Of a DNA stretch of 45,865 nucleotides, positions 10,124 through 19,417 are shown in pieces (positions within the stretch are counted from its first letter, which is position 1; each line of letters begins with the position of its first letter). This DNA comes from Pseudomonadota bacterium. Lineage in GTDB: Bacteria > Desulfobacterota > Desulfovibrionia > Desulfovibrionales > Desulfovibrionaceae. Location of the stretch: contig JAEZEM010000408.1 of the NCBI GenBank assembly GCA_023417745.1, forward strand, positions 1 through 45,865, read 5' to 3'. The notes under the pieces are model-generated. The model saw only the letters and a list, made by a program, of their open reading frames with translations. It had not been told where the DNA came from and ran no database searches. A program made the position numbers and the translations under genes.

Positions 10124-11680
10124 ATGCAAAATGTCCTCATGCTGCACCCGCCGTTGCCGTTGTCGTTCTGGAGCTTTCACGAAACCCTGGCCATGACCGG
10201 GAAAAAGGCCCTGCTGCCGCCCTTGGGGCTGCTGACCGCAGCCGCCTTGCTGCCAAGGGATTGGAACATCCGACTGGTCGATCTCAATGTCCGGCCGCTG
10301 GCCGAGGCGGATTGGGAGGGCATTGATCTGCTGTTCGTCTCGGGCATGTTGGTGCAGCGTGAAAGCCTGTTGCGGCTTTTGCGGGAAGCCAAGGCCCGGG
10401 GCGTCCTTACGGCGGCGGGCGGGGCTTACCCCACCACCGCGCCCGACGAGGTGCTGGCGGCCGGTTGCGACTTCCTCATCCAGGGCGAGGGGGAAAACAC
10501 CATCCCGCAGCTGGTGGCCGCTATCGCGGCCGGCCAGACAAGCGGCCGGTTCGTCTGCACGGACAAGCCCGCCCTGGCCGACTCGCCCCCGCCCCGCTAC
10601 GACCTCATCGCCCCGGGCGATTACGAATCCATGTCCCTGCAAACCTCCCGGGGCTGTCCTTTTGCCTGCGAATTCTGCGACATCGTCAGCTTGTTCGGCC
10701 GCGTTCAGCGCCACAAGACGCCGGAGCAGGTCATCGGCGAGTTGGAGGCCATCCGCCAGCTCGGCTTCCGGGGCACGGTGTTCGTGGCCGACGACAATTT
10801 CATCGGCAACCGTCCCCGGGCCGTGGCCATGCTTTCACGCATCATCGAATGGCAGGCCCGGCATGGCGAGCCCTTTGATTTCATCACCCAAGCCTCGATC
10901 AACCTGGGCCAGGACGTCCCGCTGATCGACTTGCTGACCGCCGCCAATTTCTCCTATGTTTTCGTCGGCATCGAATCCCCGGACAACGACGTGTTGACCG
11001 CCGCGCGCAAGCACCAAAACGTGCGCAACCCGCTGCTGGACTCCCTGCGGGCCATAAACGCCAATGGCCTAAGCGTCATCGGCAGTTTCATCCTCGGCAT
11101 GGACGGCGAAAAAGCCGGGGCCGGCGAGCGCATGCGGGCCTTTGCCGAGGCCGGGGATTTGCCCTGGGTCATGGTCAACGTGCTGCGCGCCCTTCCCCTG
11201 ACCGCCCTGTGGGACAGGCTCAAAGCCGAAGGCCGGCTGCAGGACGGCATCGAGGAAAGCGGCTGGGACGCCCTGACCAATTTCACCCCCCAGCGCCCCA
11301 TTGAGGCGATCTTCGCCGAACAGCTCGCGGCCCTAAACGCCCTGTACGCGCCAGGGGCCTATCTGGGGCGGGCCTTTCGGGCCACTCTGGCCATGCGTCC
11401 GACCCGGGGTTCCAGGCCAGGAGCCGCGCCCAAGGCGAAAGCTGATCCCGCCCTGGCCGTGCCCCAAAAAAACCGCAGCCCGGACGTCACGTCGCTTTTG
11501 CGCCTGCTCTGGCGGCAGGGCGTGGTCGGGGAGGCGCGCTGGCAGTTCTGGCGGCAACTGGCCCTGGTCGCCCGGCGCAATCCCAGCCGGTTGCGGCGCT
11601 ATATCGTCCTTTGCGGCATGGGAGAAAACCTCTTCTCCTTCGTGCGCCACCTGCGCGCCCAGGCCGAGAGCCGGGGGTAA
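10124..11680 (+). CDS. B12-binding radical SAM protein (DUF4070-type C-terminus)
   Basis: PPLGLLTAAALLP, GG.YPT and GEGE in the B12 domain; SRGCPFACEFC (CxxxCxxC); FVADDNFIGN. Confidence 0.9.
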   Translation: MQNVLMLHPPLPLSFWSFHETLAMTGKKALLPPLGLLTAAALLPRDWNIRLVDLNVRPLAEADWEGIDLLFVSGMLVQRESLLRLLREAKARGVLTAAGGAYPTTAPDEVLAAGCDFLIQGEGENTIPQLVAAIAAGQTSGRFVCTDKPALADSPPPRYDLIAPGDYESMSLQTSRGCPFACEFCDIVSLFGRVQRHKTPEQVIGELEAIRQLGFRGTVFVADDNFIGNRPRAVAMLSRIIEWQARHGEPFDFITQASINLGQDVPLIDLLTAANFSYVFVGIESPDNDVLTAARKHQNVRNPLLDSLRAINANGLSVIGSFILGMDGEKAGAGERMRAFAEAGDLPWVMVNVLRALPLTALWDRLKAEGRLQDGIEESGWDALTNFTPQRPIEAIFAEQLAALNALYAPGAYLGRAFRATLAMRPTRGSRPGAAPKAKADPALAVPQKNRSPDVTSLLRLLWRQGVVGEARWQFWRQLALVARRNPSRLRRYIVLCGMGENLFSFVRHLRAQAESRG

Positions 11681-11760
11681 GCGCCGGCCTGTCCGCCGCC
11701 CTTGCCGTCCCGGGGCGGGCGGCAATCGTCATCGCCGCCCAGGCCGGCAGGACAACGTCC

Positions 11761-11901
11761 ATGGACCAATCCGAGCTTCTCCGCGTCATCTCCTTGGCGC
11801 TGCTTTTGGCGGTCATCGTCGCCATGCGCTGGTGGCCGGGACGCAATCACCGGAAGTTTGATTGGCGGTGGTTCAAGAGCCAGGGGCGCAAGAAGGATTG
11901 A
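11761..11901 (+). CDS. Small single-TM membrane protein
   Basis: MDQSELLRVISLALLLAVIVAMRWW followed by a basic tail; AGGA RBS. Confidence 0.5.
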   Translation: MDQSELLRVISLALLLAVIVAMRWWPGRNHRKFDWRWFKSQGRKKD

Positions 11902-11992
11902 CCCGCACGGCGGCAAGGGACATGGACGGAGAAAGAAACGACCGGGAGAGCGTTGCCTATTTCGTCGGTGTTTGGACATCCAGAGGTTGTAC

Positions 11993-12691
11993 ATGAGCAT
12001 GAAGCAGTTGATTGTTGATGTCTTGCGCAAGCTTCCGCGACAGACAGACATCGAGGCCACGTTCGCCATACTCGGTCTCACCAAAAAGCTCGGGCTGACG
12101 GACATCCGGCCGCAATCCTGCTGGGAGCCGGAAAAGAAGCGGTTCATCCTGCGCTGCCTTCTGGAGACCGAGGATTTGGGTGGCGATATCGTGGAATTCG
12201 GGGTGTACCGGGGCGGCGGGACAATGTTCATGGCGGGAATTCTCCGCGACATTGGTTCTTCCAGGCACATTCACGCCCTGGACACCTTCGATGGCATGCC
12301 CAAACCGCACGAGGCTGACGTTATTCCCGGCTCCCATGGCTACTGCTATGAGGAGAAATCTTTTTCCGATACCTCATATCCCTTTCTTAACTTCGTGATG
12401 CACCACTACGGATACAGCGAAATTTCCCTGCACAAAGGCCTTTTTTCAGATAATTTTCATAAAATTGCTGAGAATACATTCTCCATGTGCATCATTGACT
12501 CAGACCAGTACGCCAGCACCATAGAATGTCTCGAATTCATCTACCCTCGCACGACGGCTGGAGGACTTGTCCTCGTGGACGACATGCCCTTGCCCGGCGT
12601 GGCCAAGGCCGTGGAGACCTTCCTCGCCGACAAGCCCGAAACCCTGGAGCCCGGCGCCCTGGGCATGCGTTTTTTCCGCAAGTCCGCCTGA
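11993..12691 (+). CDS. TylF/MycF/NovP-family O-methyltransferase
   Basis: GDIVEFGVYRGG, LDTFDGMP, HKGLFSD, IDSDQYAST, GGLVLVDD; GAGG RBS; central part noticeably more AT-rich than its flanks. Confidence 0.8.
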   Translation: MSMKQLIVDVLRKLPRQTDIEATFAILGLTKKLGLTDIRPQSCWEPEKKRFILRCLLETEDLGGDIVEFGVYRGGGTMFMAGILRDIGSSRHIHALDTFDGMPKPHEADVIPGSHGYCYEEKSFSDTSYPFLNFVMHHYGYSEISLHKGLFSDNFHKIAENTFSMCIIDSDQYASTIECLEFIYPRTTAGGLVLVDDMPLPGVAKAVETFLADKPETLEPGALGMRFFRKSA

Positions 12692-12858
12692 CGTCTCGGG
12701 AGGCATGACCGGCGTGACAACCGTATAGCCCATGCAGGTCCCGGACGGGGCGACAACAGAAGCGCCCTCCTCGACGCGGCCAGGCAGCCTACGGCCGAGT
12801 GGCGCTCAATCCCAATGCTTCAGGATTCTCCAATAGGATAGTCCAGCGGCCGTTCGAT

Positions 12859-13101
12859 CTATTTGGCGGCCTCTTGGATGATCTTCATTGCCTCTATCTT
12901 GCGCGACTCCAGAATAAGCAGGAAAACATCCGAGCCCTTTTGTCGCCGGTCCCACCATTCAGGATCGGCAAGGGCGAGAATAGAGTCCGCGACAGCATCC
13001 CTTTTTTCGCGTGGCACGGATCGAAGGCGGGTCAGGCACAGCTCTTTTGCATCGGCCATCTTGTCCGCCAGGGTTGCCCGCTTCGCATCGCCAATTTTCA
13101 T
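12859..13101 (-). CDS. Small hypothetical protein
   Basis: 80-aa ORF with AAAGGA RBS before the ATG. Confidence 0.55.
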   Translation of the reverse strand: MKIGDAKRATLADKMADAKELCLTRLRSVPREKRDAVADSILALADPEWWDRRQKGSDVFLLILESRKIEAMKIIQEAAK

Positions 13102-13460
13102 GAAAGTCCTTTCAGTCTATATTGTTTCGAACATCTTTAGAGATGGTCTCGCTGTGACATTTCGTCTTCCTTGTAGCCGTCGAAGCTGAAACGCCCGGGG
13201 ACGCTCCCGCCGTCATGGCGCTTGGTCCTCAGGACAAAGGCCGCCGCCAGGACGAGGACGCCCACGCAAGGGCTGCGGCGATGAGCCATCCCATAGTGTG
13301 GCTGGTAGCAGGGAGGGCATGGCTTGTCATCCTGCCGTGCCGCCGCGGTTCGTAGCGCCTTGCTGCGGCGTCCTGGCCGTCTGTCCTGGCAAAGGGCGGG
13401 ATGGCGTCGCCCATGGGGGTGGGCTTGCGGCCAAGGGCATCCTGCTGCAAAGTCACCGCC

Positions 13461-14387
13461 ATGTTTAACAAGAAGGAAGCGCTCGCCATGCTGCTCGTGG
13501 TCGGCATGGTGGCAGCGGCGGAATACTTTGGCGTTCAGGAAATCATATTCCCGGAGATCGCGGCCTTGGCCTTTGGGGCCTGGGTTATGGAGGAGCGCCC
13601 CTGGCCGGGACCGACCTGGACAATCTGGTTCTCCCCGACCCTGGGAGCCTTGACCGGCGTTGTGCTTCTGCGCCTCCTGCCCCTGTCCCTGGTCGCCCTT
13701 ACTGGCCTGGCCTTCGTCTTCGTTCTGCTCCAACTGAAGCTTTCCCGTTCAGCCATGTCCCCGTCGTTCTCAGCGGCCATCCTTCCCATCATAACCGGCA
13801 TCCATAGCTGGGCCTACCCGGCCGCCGTGTTCCTGATGACCGGGGCCATTGCCTTAATGGCCCCGGCTCGCACGCCAGACGATCCGACCGAGGCTTCCTG
13901 TCCATCCCAGGAGCAGGATGAGCCTCCATCCCTGGCTTGGTCCTGTCGCCACTATGGCAAGCTTCTGTTTTTCATCTTGATTGTGGCCTTGTTCGCCACC
14001 ACCTGGGGAGGGCTATTCATGATAGCCCCACCGCTCATTGTTGCCTTCATCGAGTTGACCCACCCGGGAAGCGCCTTGCGGCAAAAGTCCATGCCGCGCC
14101 TACTTCTTCTGTTCACGGGCTGCGCCATGGCCGGCGCGGGTTGCATCGCCCTGGTCACCGGCTTTTTTTCCGGCCCCATGTGGCTAGGGGCCGGCCTGTC
14201 CCTGGCCGGCGCTTTGGTCATTGCCAAAAGATTACGCCTAGCCTCGCCGCCAGCCATGGCCCTGGCGCTTCTGCCCACAATCCTCCCGCGAGAAGTCCTG
14301 CTCGTTTATCCGCTGCAGATTCTGGCCGGAAGTGCCCTCTTCATGGTCTTCAGCCATCTTTGGTTCAAACCCGAGACCGCAGACTGA
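13461..14387 (+). CDS. HPP-family-like multi-TM membrane protein
   Basis: Two hydrophobic halves; IIFPEIAALAFG, SAAILP, APPLIVAFIE, PPAMALALLP motifs; start could be 13401. Confidence 0.65.
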   Translation: MFNKKEALAMLLVVGMVAAAEYFGVQEIIFPEIAALAFGAWVMEERPWPGPTWTIWFSPTLGALTGVVLLRLLPLSLVALTGLAFVFVLLQLKLSRSAMSPSFSAAILPIITGIHSWAYPAAVFLMTGAIALMAPARTPDDPTEASCPSQEQDEPPSLAWSCRHYGKLLFFILIVALFATTWGGLFMIAPPLIVAFIELTHPGSALRQKSMPRLLLLFTGCAMAGAGCIALVTGFFSGPMWLGAGLSLAGALVIAKRLRLASPPAMALALLPTILPREVLLVYPLQILAGSALFMVFSHLWFKPETAD

Positions 14388-14558
14388 GACCGACCAGCTG
14401 GGCGGGAGCGCCCGAGACCAGGCGAAGGTTGACCCGGCAAGACGACGGTACAATGCTGCGCTGTCCTCCCCATGGTGAGGCTGCCATTCTGCGGAGTCAG
14501 ATACCGACCCGGGCACGCTCCCGACCGAGAGCCATAGCCTTCCGTCAGCCGGGCACTG

Positions 14559-14926
14559 AGCGCCGCATTGCGCGCCGTCTGGATGCACAGCAAGAAGTGG
14601 GGGCTCTTGGAAGGCGAGCCGCCCACCGTCGGCGTGGAGCTTGGCCGCATCGACAACGCCCGACACCGTTTCCTCTCCCCTGCCCAGCTTCAAGCCTTGC
14701 TTGCCGAGGTGGAACGCCGCGACCCAAACGCTTGGGAATTTGTTCTGGCCGCTGGGGTGGACGCCCGGACCATCATGGAGCTTTTCGGCTGGTCCACTCT
14801 AGCCATGTTGCAGCGGTATACCCACCCAGGAGCCGAGGCTAAGGCGCGTGCCGTCGCCGCCCTGGGGCTGCTGTGGGTGCCAAGCCGGGCAAGGTGGTGT
14901 CCATCCGCAAGTGGGCCGAGGGGTAG
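14559..14926 (+). pseudogene. Tyrosine integrase remnant (N-terminus lost, catalytic core internally deleted, C-terminal frameshift)
   Basis: DNARHRFLSPAQLQALLAE joined directly to LAAGVDARTIMELFGWSTLAMLQRYTH (box II W/Y). The R and HxxR segment is missing. Adding one G at about 14865 restores a ...KPGKVVSIRKWAEG* tail. Confidence 0.75.
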
Positions 14927-14942
14927 CCCCGTGAATGGCCCC

Positions 14943-14970
14943 TTGACTAAGCACTAAAAATTAGTACCTT
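14943..14970 (+). promoter_or_regulatory. TA operon promoter with overlapping inverted-repeat operator
   Basis: TTGACT-N16-TACCTT with ACTAA-AAA-TTAGT (14953-14965) between the boxes. Confidence 0.5.
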
Positions 14971-14988
14971 CATCCTCAAGGAGAAGCC

Positions 14989-15267
14989 ATGGGCTGGAAA
15001 GTCAACATCGCGGCCAAGACTGAAAAGCGGGTCACGCGCCTACCGCTCCAAGTTCAAAAAGCCCTGGCGCTTCTCATCGCGGACATTGAGGCCGGCGGCC
15101 CTGTGCGTGGCGATTGGCCGAACTATTCCAGGCTACCCGGCAACAGGCACCATTGCCACCTGAAGAAAGGGAGCCCTACCTACGTCGCCGTATGGGAGGA
15201 CGTGTCCGGGCAAATCAAGGTCATCGAGGTTGTATATGCAGGCACACACGAAAAAGCCCCCTATTGA
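14989..15267 (+). CDS. RelE/HigB-superfamily toxin (putative ribosome-dependent mRNase)
   Basis: 92 aa, basic; WPNYSRL..NRHHCHLKKG.PTYVAVW...IEVVYAGTHEKAPY; AAGGAG RBS; overlaps the downstream HTH gene. Confidence 0.75.
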   Translation: MGWKVNIAAKTEKRVTRLPLQVQKALALLIADIEAGGPVRGDWPNYSRLPGNRHHCHLKKGSPTYVAVWEDVSGQIKVIEVVYAGTHEKAPY

Positions 15268-15595
15268 CGCCATAGAGCTTTGTTTCACCGGCCCGGCGAC
15301 CAAACGCCAAGAAGCCGTGGACTACCTGCGGAGCCTCGGCTTTGAGGCCAAGGAAGAGCCGTCCAAGCCCTGGCGGGAAGTGCTGCCCTTCAAGGATGAG
15401 GAATTACCCGGCGTATTTCTGGCCGGGGCGCGGTATCGGGAGGGCATGACCCAGGCCGCCCTTGCCGAAGCTACCGGCATCCCCCGCCGCCATATCAGCG
15501 AAATGGAAAACGGCCGCCGCCCCATCGGGAAGAAGAACGCCCGACTCCTGGCTGAGGCCCTGAATATCGACCCGAGGCGGTTGTTGGCGGTGTAG
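15236..15595 (+). CDS. XRE-family HTH antitoxin (HigA-like)
   Basis: LAGARYREGMTQAALAEATGIPRRHISEMENGRRPIGKKNARLLAEAL; toxin-first arrangement. Confidence 0.8.
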   Translation: MQAHTKKPPIDAIELCFTGPATKRQEAVDYLRSLGFEAKEEPSKPWREVLPFKDEELPGVFLAGARYREGMTQAALAEATGIPRRHISEMENGRRPIGKKNARLLAEALNIDPRRLLAV

Positions 15596-15623
15596 CCCCC
15601 TTTTCCCGCGTTAAGCAATCTGC

Positions 15624-15658
15624 CGCCTGACCTACGAAATAGGTCAGGCGTTTTTTTT
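15624..15658 (+). terminator. Rho-independent terminator after the TA operon
   Basis: CGCCTGACCTA-cgaaa-TAGGTCAGGCG followed by T8. Confidence 0.85.
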
Positions 15659-15808
15659 GCTCATTGAAAATTTGGACATCCTGGGGGCGGCGGATGTCCC
15701 TACGATTCCGCATTTTGGTCTTCACGACACTACCCACTTCAAACTTTTCGCACCCGCCCGGTAGTTGGTGCGCAGGCAGGGATATTGGTCGAAAAGGAGA
15801 CCGAAAAA

Positions 15809-16120
15809 ATGGAAAACGTTGTTGAGCATGAACCCGTTGCCGTGGCTGATTTTTTCGCCAATGCCAAGAAAGAACTTCCCCCCAACTTCGCCCTCACCGC
15901 TGTTCCCAAGCTATTGCCTGAAACCATCGCTGTCGGCTCTGTCCATAATGCGATTTGTGCCGGCGTCGGCCCCGTCTACCGCAAGATCAACGGCCGCATT
16001 GTTTTGGAACGCGATTCCTTTTTGGACTGGCTCCAGAACCGGCCCCGCGTAAGGAAGAGAGGGCAACCTGGACACGCTGGAGCAGTACTTCCACGGCGAG
16101 AAAGGGGAGCCGCCGATTGA
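15809..16120 (+). CDS. Excisionase/AlpA-like small DNA-binding protein
   Basis: SVHNAICAGVGPVYRKINGRIVLERDSFLDWL resembles the winged-HTH Xis/AlpA pattern (GP...K..gR..Y....l..Wl); AAGGAG RBS. Confidence 0.55.
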   Translation: MENVVEHEPVAVADFFANAKKELPPNFALTAVPKLLPETIAVGSVHNAICAGVGPVYRKINGRIVLERDSFLDWLQNRPRVRKRGQPGHAGAVLPRRERGAAD

Positions 16121-16174
16121 TCTGGATAGGGTTGGCGGACGAGGCCCGGCAAAGAACTGCAGGAGGCACACACC

Positions 16175-16402
16175 ATGGGAAGCGAGAACATTTCCCGAGG
16201 ACTGACGCCAGCCCAAGAAAAAGTCATCGATTGCACATTGGTGGAAGCGTTCAGCCCTGCCGTTGGCTTTTTGGCCATCAGGGAGGACTGCCAGACATTT
16301 GTCGCCAACCGGCAAGCAGATTGGAACATGGCCGGGGAGATCGGACGCATCCTCATGGAGCATGCTGATAAGGCGTTCCGTAAGGCTATTGGGCTGGATT
16401 AA
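16175..16402 (+). CDS. Small hypothetical protein (mobile-element accessory)
   Basis: Strong AGGAGG RBS; 75 aa. Confidence 0.55.
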   Translation: MGSENISRGLTPAQEKVIDCTLVEAFSPAVGFLAIREDCQTFVANRQADWNMAGEIGRILMEHADKAFRKAIGLD

Positions 16403-16569
16403 TCCCCCGGCAACCGGATCATGGGCAGCCTGCTTCTTCGGAGGTGGGCCGCCCATCCGACGCGATTGTCGAACAGATTTGCGGGAAGGACAAGGAGTAT
16501 CCAGAACGCGTGGCAGCCCCTCCCGGATCAAGGCGGGACGGCCATGTCCCGAAATTGGCTCTCGAAAAA

Positions 16570-17772
16570 TCAATTGCACAACAGCAGTGACACCACGGGA
16601 ACCACGGCTGGCGCGCCTTTGTAGAGCTCGGCGCTGCTGAGCGCGCTCAGTGCTGTCCCCGTCCCTCCGACGACCAACACCGTCCTGTCGGGCAGCCGGA
16701 TGGCGTTTTGCCCGGATCTGGCGTCGTGCAGCGATCCGGCGGCGCTCCAGGTTCCCTTGTCTGGGGCGTACCGTTCGGCGCCGGCAAAGGTGACCGCCTG
16801 AGACGACGTGTCGCTCGAGCCTCCGGCCACCAGGACCGTGCCGTCGAAAAGCAGGGTGGCCGTGGAGTTCCCTCGAGCCGTCCCCATGGCGCCGGTGGCG
16901 GACAAGCTCCCTGCCGTCGGATCGTACAGGTCGCAACTGGCGGTTGCCGGTTTTTGGACAACACTATCGATAGAGCTGTAGCCCCCGGCGATCAGCACCT
17001 TGCCGCTTGGCAGCAGCGTGGCCGTGGGCGCCGCGCGAGCCGCGGCCATACGGCCGACGACGGTCCAACTTCCATTCTCGTAGATTTCCACGGTGTCCGA
17101 AGTGACGCTCACGAAGTCCGTCGCTCCGCCAACGATCAGCGCTTTGCCATTTCGCAACGAGACGGCTGCGGCGAACCCCCGGACAGAGGACATGCTGCCT
17201 GTGCCTGACCATGTTCCCGCAGCCGGGTTATAGAGTTCGCAGGTATCAGTGAAGGCGTAATCCGCGCCCAAATACATCCCTCCGGCCACCAGCACCTGGC
17301 CGTTGTCAAGTAAAACGGCCGAGTGGCCCGAGCGGCCCAGGCGCATGCCGCCAGCGTCGCTCCAGGTTCCGGTGGCCGGATCATAGAGTTCGCAGGCGGT
17401 GAGGAATGTTCCCTGGGCATCCTGCCCGCCGGTCACAAGCACCTTGCCGTTTGGCAGCAGCGTGTCCGTATGGCTGATTCGGGTCGTGGACATGGAACCA
17501 GTGGGACTCCATGTTCCGCTGGTTGGATCATATATTTCGCACGTGTTGGTGACTTGGTCTGAGGCAGTTATGCCGCCGGCCGCCAACACCTTGCCGTTTG
17601 GCAGCAGCGTGGCCGTTTGGCCGGCTCGGGACGTGCTCATGGCGCCCGTGAGCGTCCAATCGGCGGCCTGTCCTGTAGCCGGGCCGCCGAGGAAAAACAG
17701 CGCTGTGGCCAGGAAAAACATCCCCCCCGGGCAAAGGGCCTTGAGCCTGGACAAAAAAGAACCTGTCGTCAT
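16570..17772 (-). CDS. Secreted Kelch-repeat (7-blade beta-propeller) protein
   Basis: Signal peptide ending GQA|AD; seven repeats of W...G.M...R..(H)...LL..GKVL..GG....E.Y.P; short hydrophobic tail APAVVPVVSLLLCN. Confidence 0.9.
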   Translation of the reverse strand: MTTGSFLSRLKALCPGGMFFLATALFFLGGPATGQAADWTLTGAMSTSRAGQTATLLPNGKVLAAGGITASDQVTNTCEIYDPTSGTWSPTGSMSTTRISHTDTLLPNGKVLVTGGQDAQGTFLTACELYDPATGTWSDAGGMRLGRSGHSAVLLDNGQVLVAGGMYLGADYAFTDTCELYNPAAGTWSGTGSMSSVRGFAAAVSLRNGKALIVGGATDFVSVTSDTVEIYENGSWTVVGRMAAARAAPTATLLPSGKVLIAGGYSSIDSVVQKPATASCDLYDPTAGSLSATGAMGTARGNSTATLLFDGTVLVAGGSSDTSSQAVTFAGAERYAPDKGTWSAAGSLHDARSGQNAIRLPDRTVLVVGGTGTALSALSSAELYKGAPAVVPVVSLLLCN

Positions 17773-17898
17773 GCTTTCCTCTCCCGCACACATGTTTTGC
17801 AGCCGCAGCGCAAGCAAGGGGAAGGCCTCAGGCCAGCTTGCCGAGAGCCGGTCGCGGCGGACTTGGCGGGAGCGTTAGCGCATCCGGCCAGGCGTGTC

Positions 17899-17918
17899 TG
17901 TCGGAGAATTTGCCGACA
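17899..17918. promoter_or_regulatory. Inverted repeat TGTCGG-N8-CCGACA, putative response-regulator site
   Basis: tgtcggagaatttgccgaca between the divergent Kelch and kinase genes. Confidence 0.4.
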
Positions 17919-17995
17919 CCCAGAGGAGGGAACGGACGTCGCGGAGGGCCAAGGCCGCCGATTGTGCAACGGGCCGGAGTGTGGCCTGCCGGGGC

Positions 17996-18916
17996 ATGGG
18001 TCATGCGCCGGTTTTGTCGCCGCGAGCCGTCTGCGGCGTAGGGGAATCCGACCGTCCGCTCCTTGGGCGGCCGCTTCCGGGCCGGGGCCAGGCCATCTTC
18101 CGCCTGCGCCTCATGCCCGGACCGGACCAGGGCGCATTGGCGTTGCGGCTCTTTTCCATCCCGGCCGCGTTCCGACTCTGGGTCGACGGAACGCTTGTCG
18201 CGTCAAGCGGTCGGCCCGGGGCTGACGCCGCCACCGAGACGCCGCGCCGCTCCCTGGTCCTGGCCCGCTTCGAGGGGCGCAGCACGCCCATGGAACTGGT
18301 GCTTTGGACTGCTGGCGTTCGTCCTGTGCCAAGCCTTGGCCCTGGCCCAGCGGTTTTCCAACGCGTTTCGCTCCGTGGAGGGCCTATCCTTGGCGCTGGA
18401 GGCCAACAACGCAGTCCTGCGGGCGGAAGTGGACGAGCGCGTTCGTCTGGAGCAGGAAATCGTCACGGTCAGCGAGGAGGAGCACCGTCGCCTGAGCCAC
18501 GCGCTACACGATGGCCTGTGCCAACAATTGGCCGCGGCGCGTTTGCGCTGCTCGGCCTTGGAGCGACGGCCCCTGGCGTCGCTGGCGCTGGAGCCGGAAG
18601 TCAAGGCCCTGGGCTCCCTGCTTGAGGCGTCCGTCGGCCAGGCCTACGACCTGTCCCGGGGCCTGTGGCCGGTGGAGTTGTCCACAGGGAACCTTGGGCC
18701 GTCCCTGGCGGAACTGGCTCGACATATCGGCCGATCAAACGGCGTGCCCGTGGACTATCGCGAGGACGCGTCCTGTGCGCCCTGCGGCAACGCGCACCTC
18801 GTGCAACTGTATCGCATCGCCCAGGAGGCGGCGGCCAACGCCGTCAAGCATGGGAAACCCGGGCGCATCGCCATCGCCCTGACGTGCGGGCCGACAGGCG
18901 ATTGAGCCTGACCGTG
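17996..18916 (+). pseudogene. Fragmented 7TM-DISM-type sensor / NarX-like (HisKA_3) histidine kinase
   Basis: Extracellular piece GQAIFRLRL..LALRL....AFRLWVDG.LVA..G..G (18064-18303) jumps with a frameshift to the last TM plus EEEHRRLSHALHDGLCQQL and LYRIAQEAAANAVKHG. The HATPase is cut off after LSLTV, before the DxG motif. Confidence 0.75.
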
Positions 18917-19141
18917 CTCGGCGACCTCAAGGACCAGCGCTCTTTCGTCATGTGGGCGTCGTTGTGGCTTGGTGAGTGTTGGCGACTGGCCAGGGCTGGC
19001 GCGTCCTGCCTGGTCTTCAGCGACTGGCGGCAACTCCCGGCCCTCACCGACGCGATCCAGGCCGCCGGCTGGGCGTGGAAGGGCATTATCGTCTGGCACA
19101 AACCCAACGCCCGGCCAAGCCTTGGTTCTTTCCGGCATGAC
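18917..19141 (+). pseudogene. Internal fragment of a phage-type N4/N6 DNA methyltransferase
   Basis: GDLKDQRSFVMWASLWLGECWRLARAGASCLVFSDWRQLPALTDAIQAAGWAWKGIIVWHKP; no DPPY or FxGxG motifs present. Confidence 0.65.
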
Positions 19142-19417
19142 GTCCACGTGCTTGCCCCGGAACTGACCGTCGAGACCACCCTGGATGATGCCGACGCGGC
19201 CCGGGCCGAGGCCGAGCGGCTGCTGGTCCTGCATGGGGCATCCCGGCTGCGGCTCAAGCTGCCGGTCAAACGCGAGTACGCCCGGGGCCTGGACCTCGGA
19301 AGCGTGGTCGCCGTGCGCCTGCCCCGGTTCGGCTTGGTCAACGGCCGGCTCTTTGGCGTCATCGGCATGGCCGAAGAATACGAGACCGGCCGGGTTACCC
19401 TGGAGGTGGTGGGCTGA
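19142..19417 (+). pseudogene. C-terminal fragment of a putative phage tail/baseplate protein
   Basis: AARAEAERLL.LHG....LDLGSVVAVRLPRFGL..GR.F.VIG.......RVTLEVVG*; TGATG coupling to the next ORF. Confidence 0.5.

Noticed and set aside
12692..14560. Search for an att duplication of the tRNA-Phe 3' end
   Set aside because: No TGGTGCCGAGGG copy was found by eye; only an 8-nt TTTCAGTC match at about 13110, consistent with chance
16620..17660. Repeated CACCTTGCCGTTTGGCAGCAGCGT segments
   Set aside because: Coding Kelch repeats, not a spacer array
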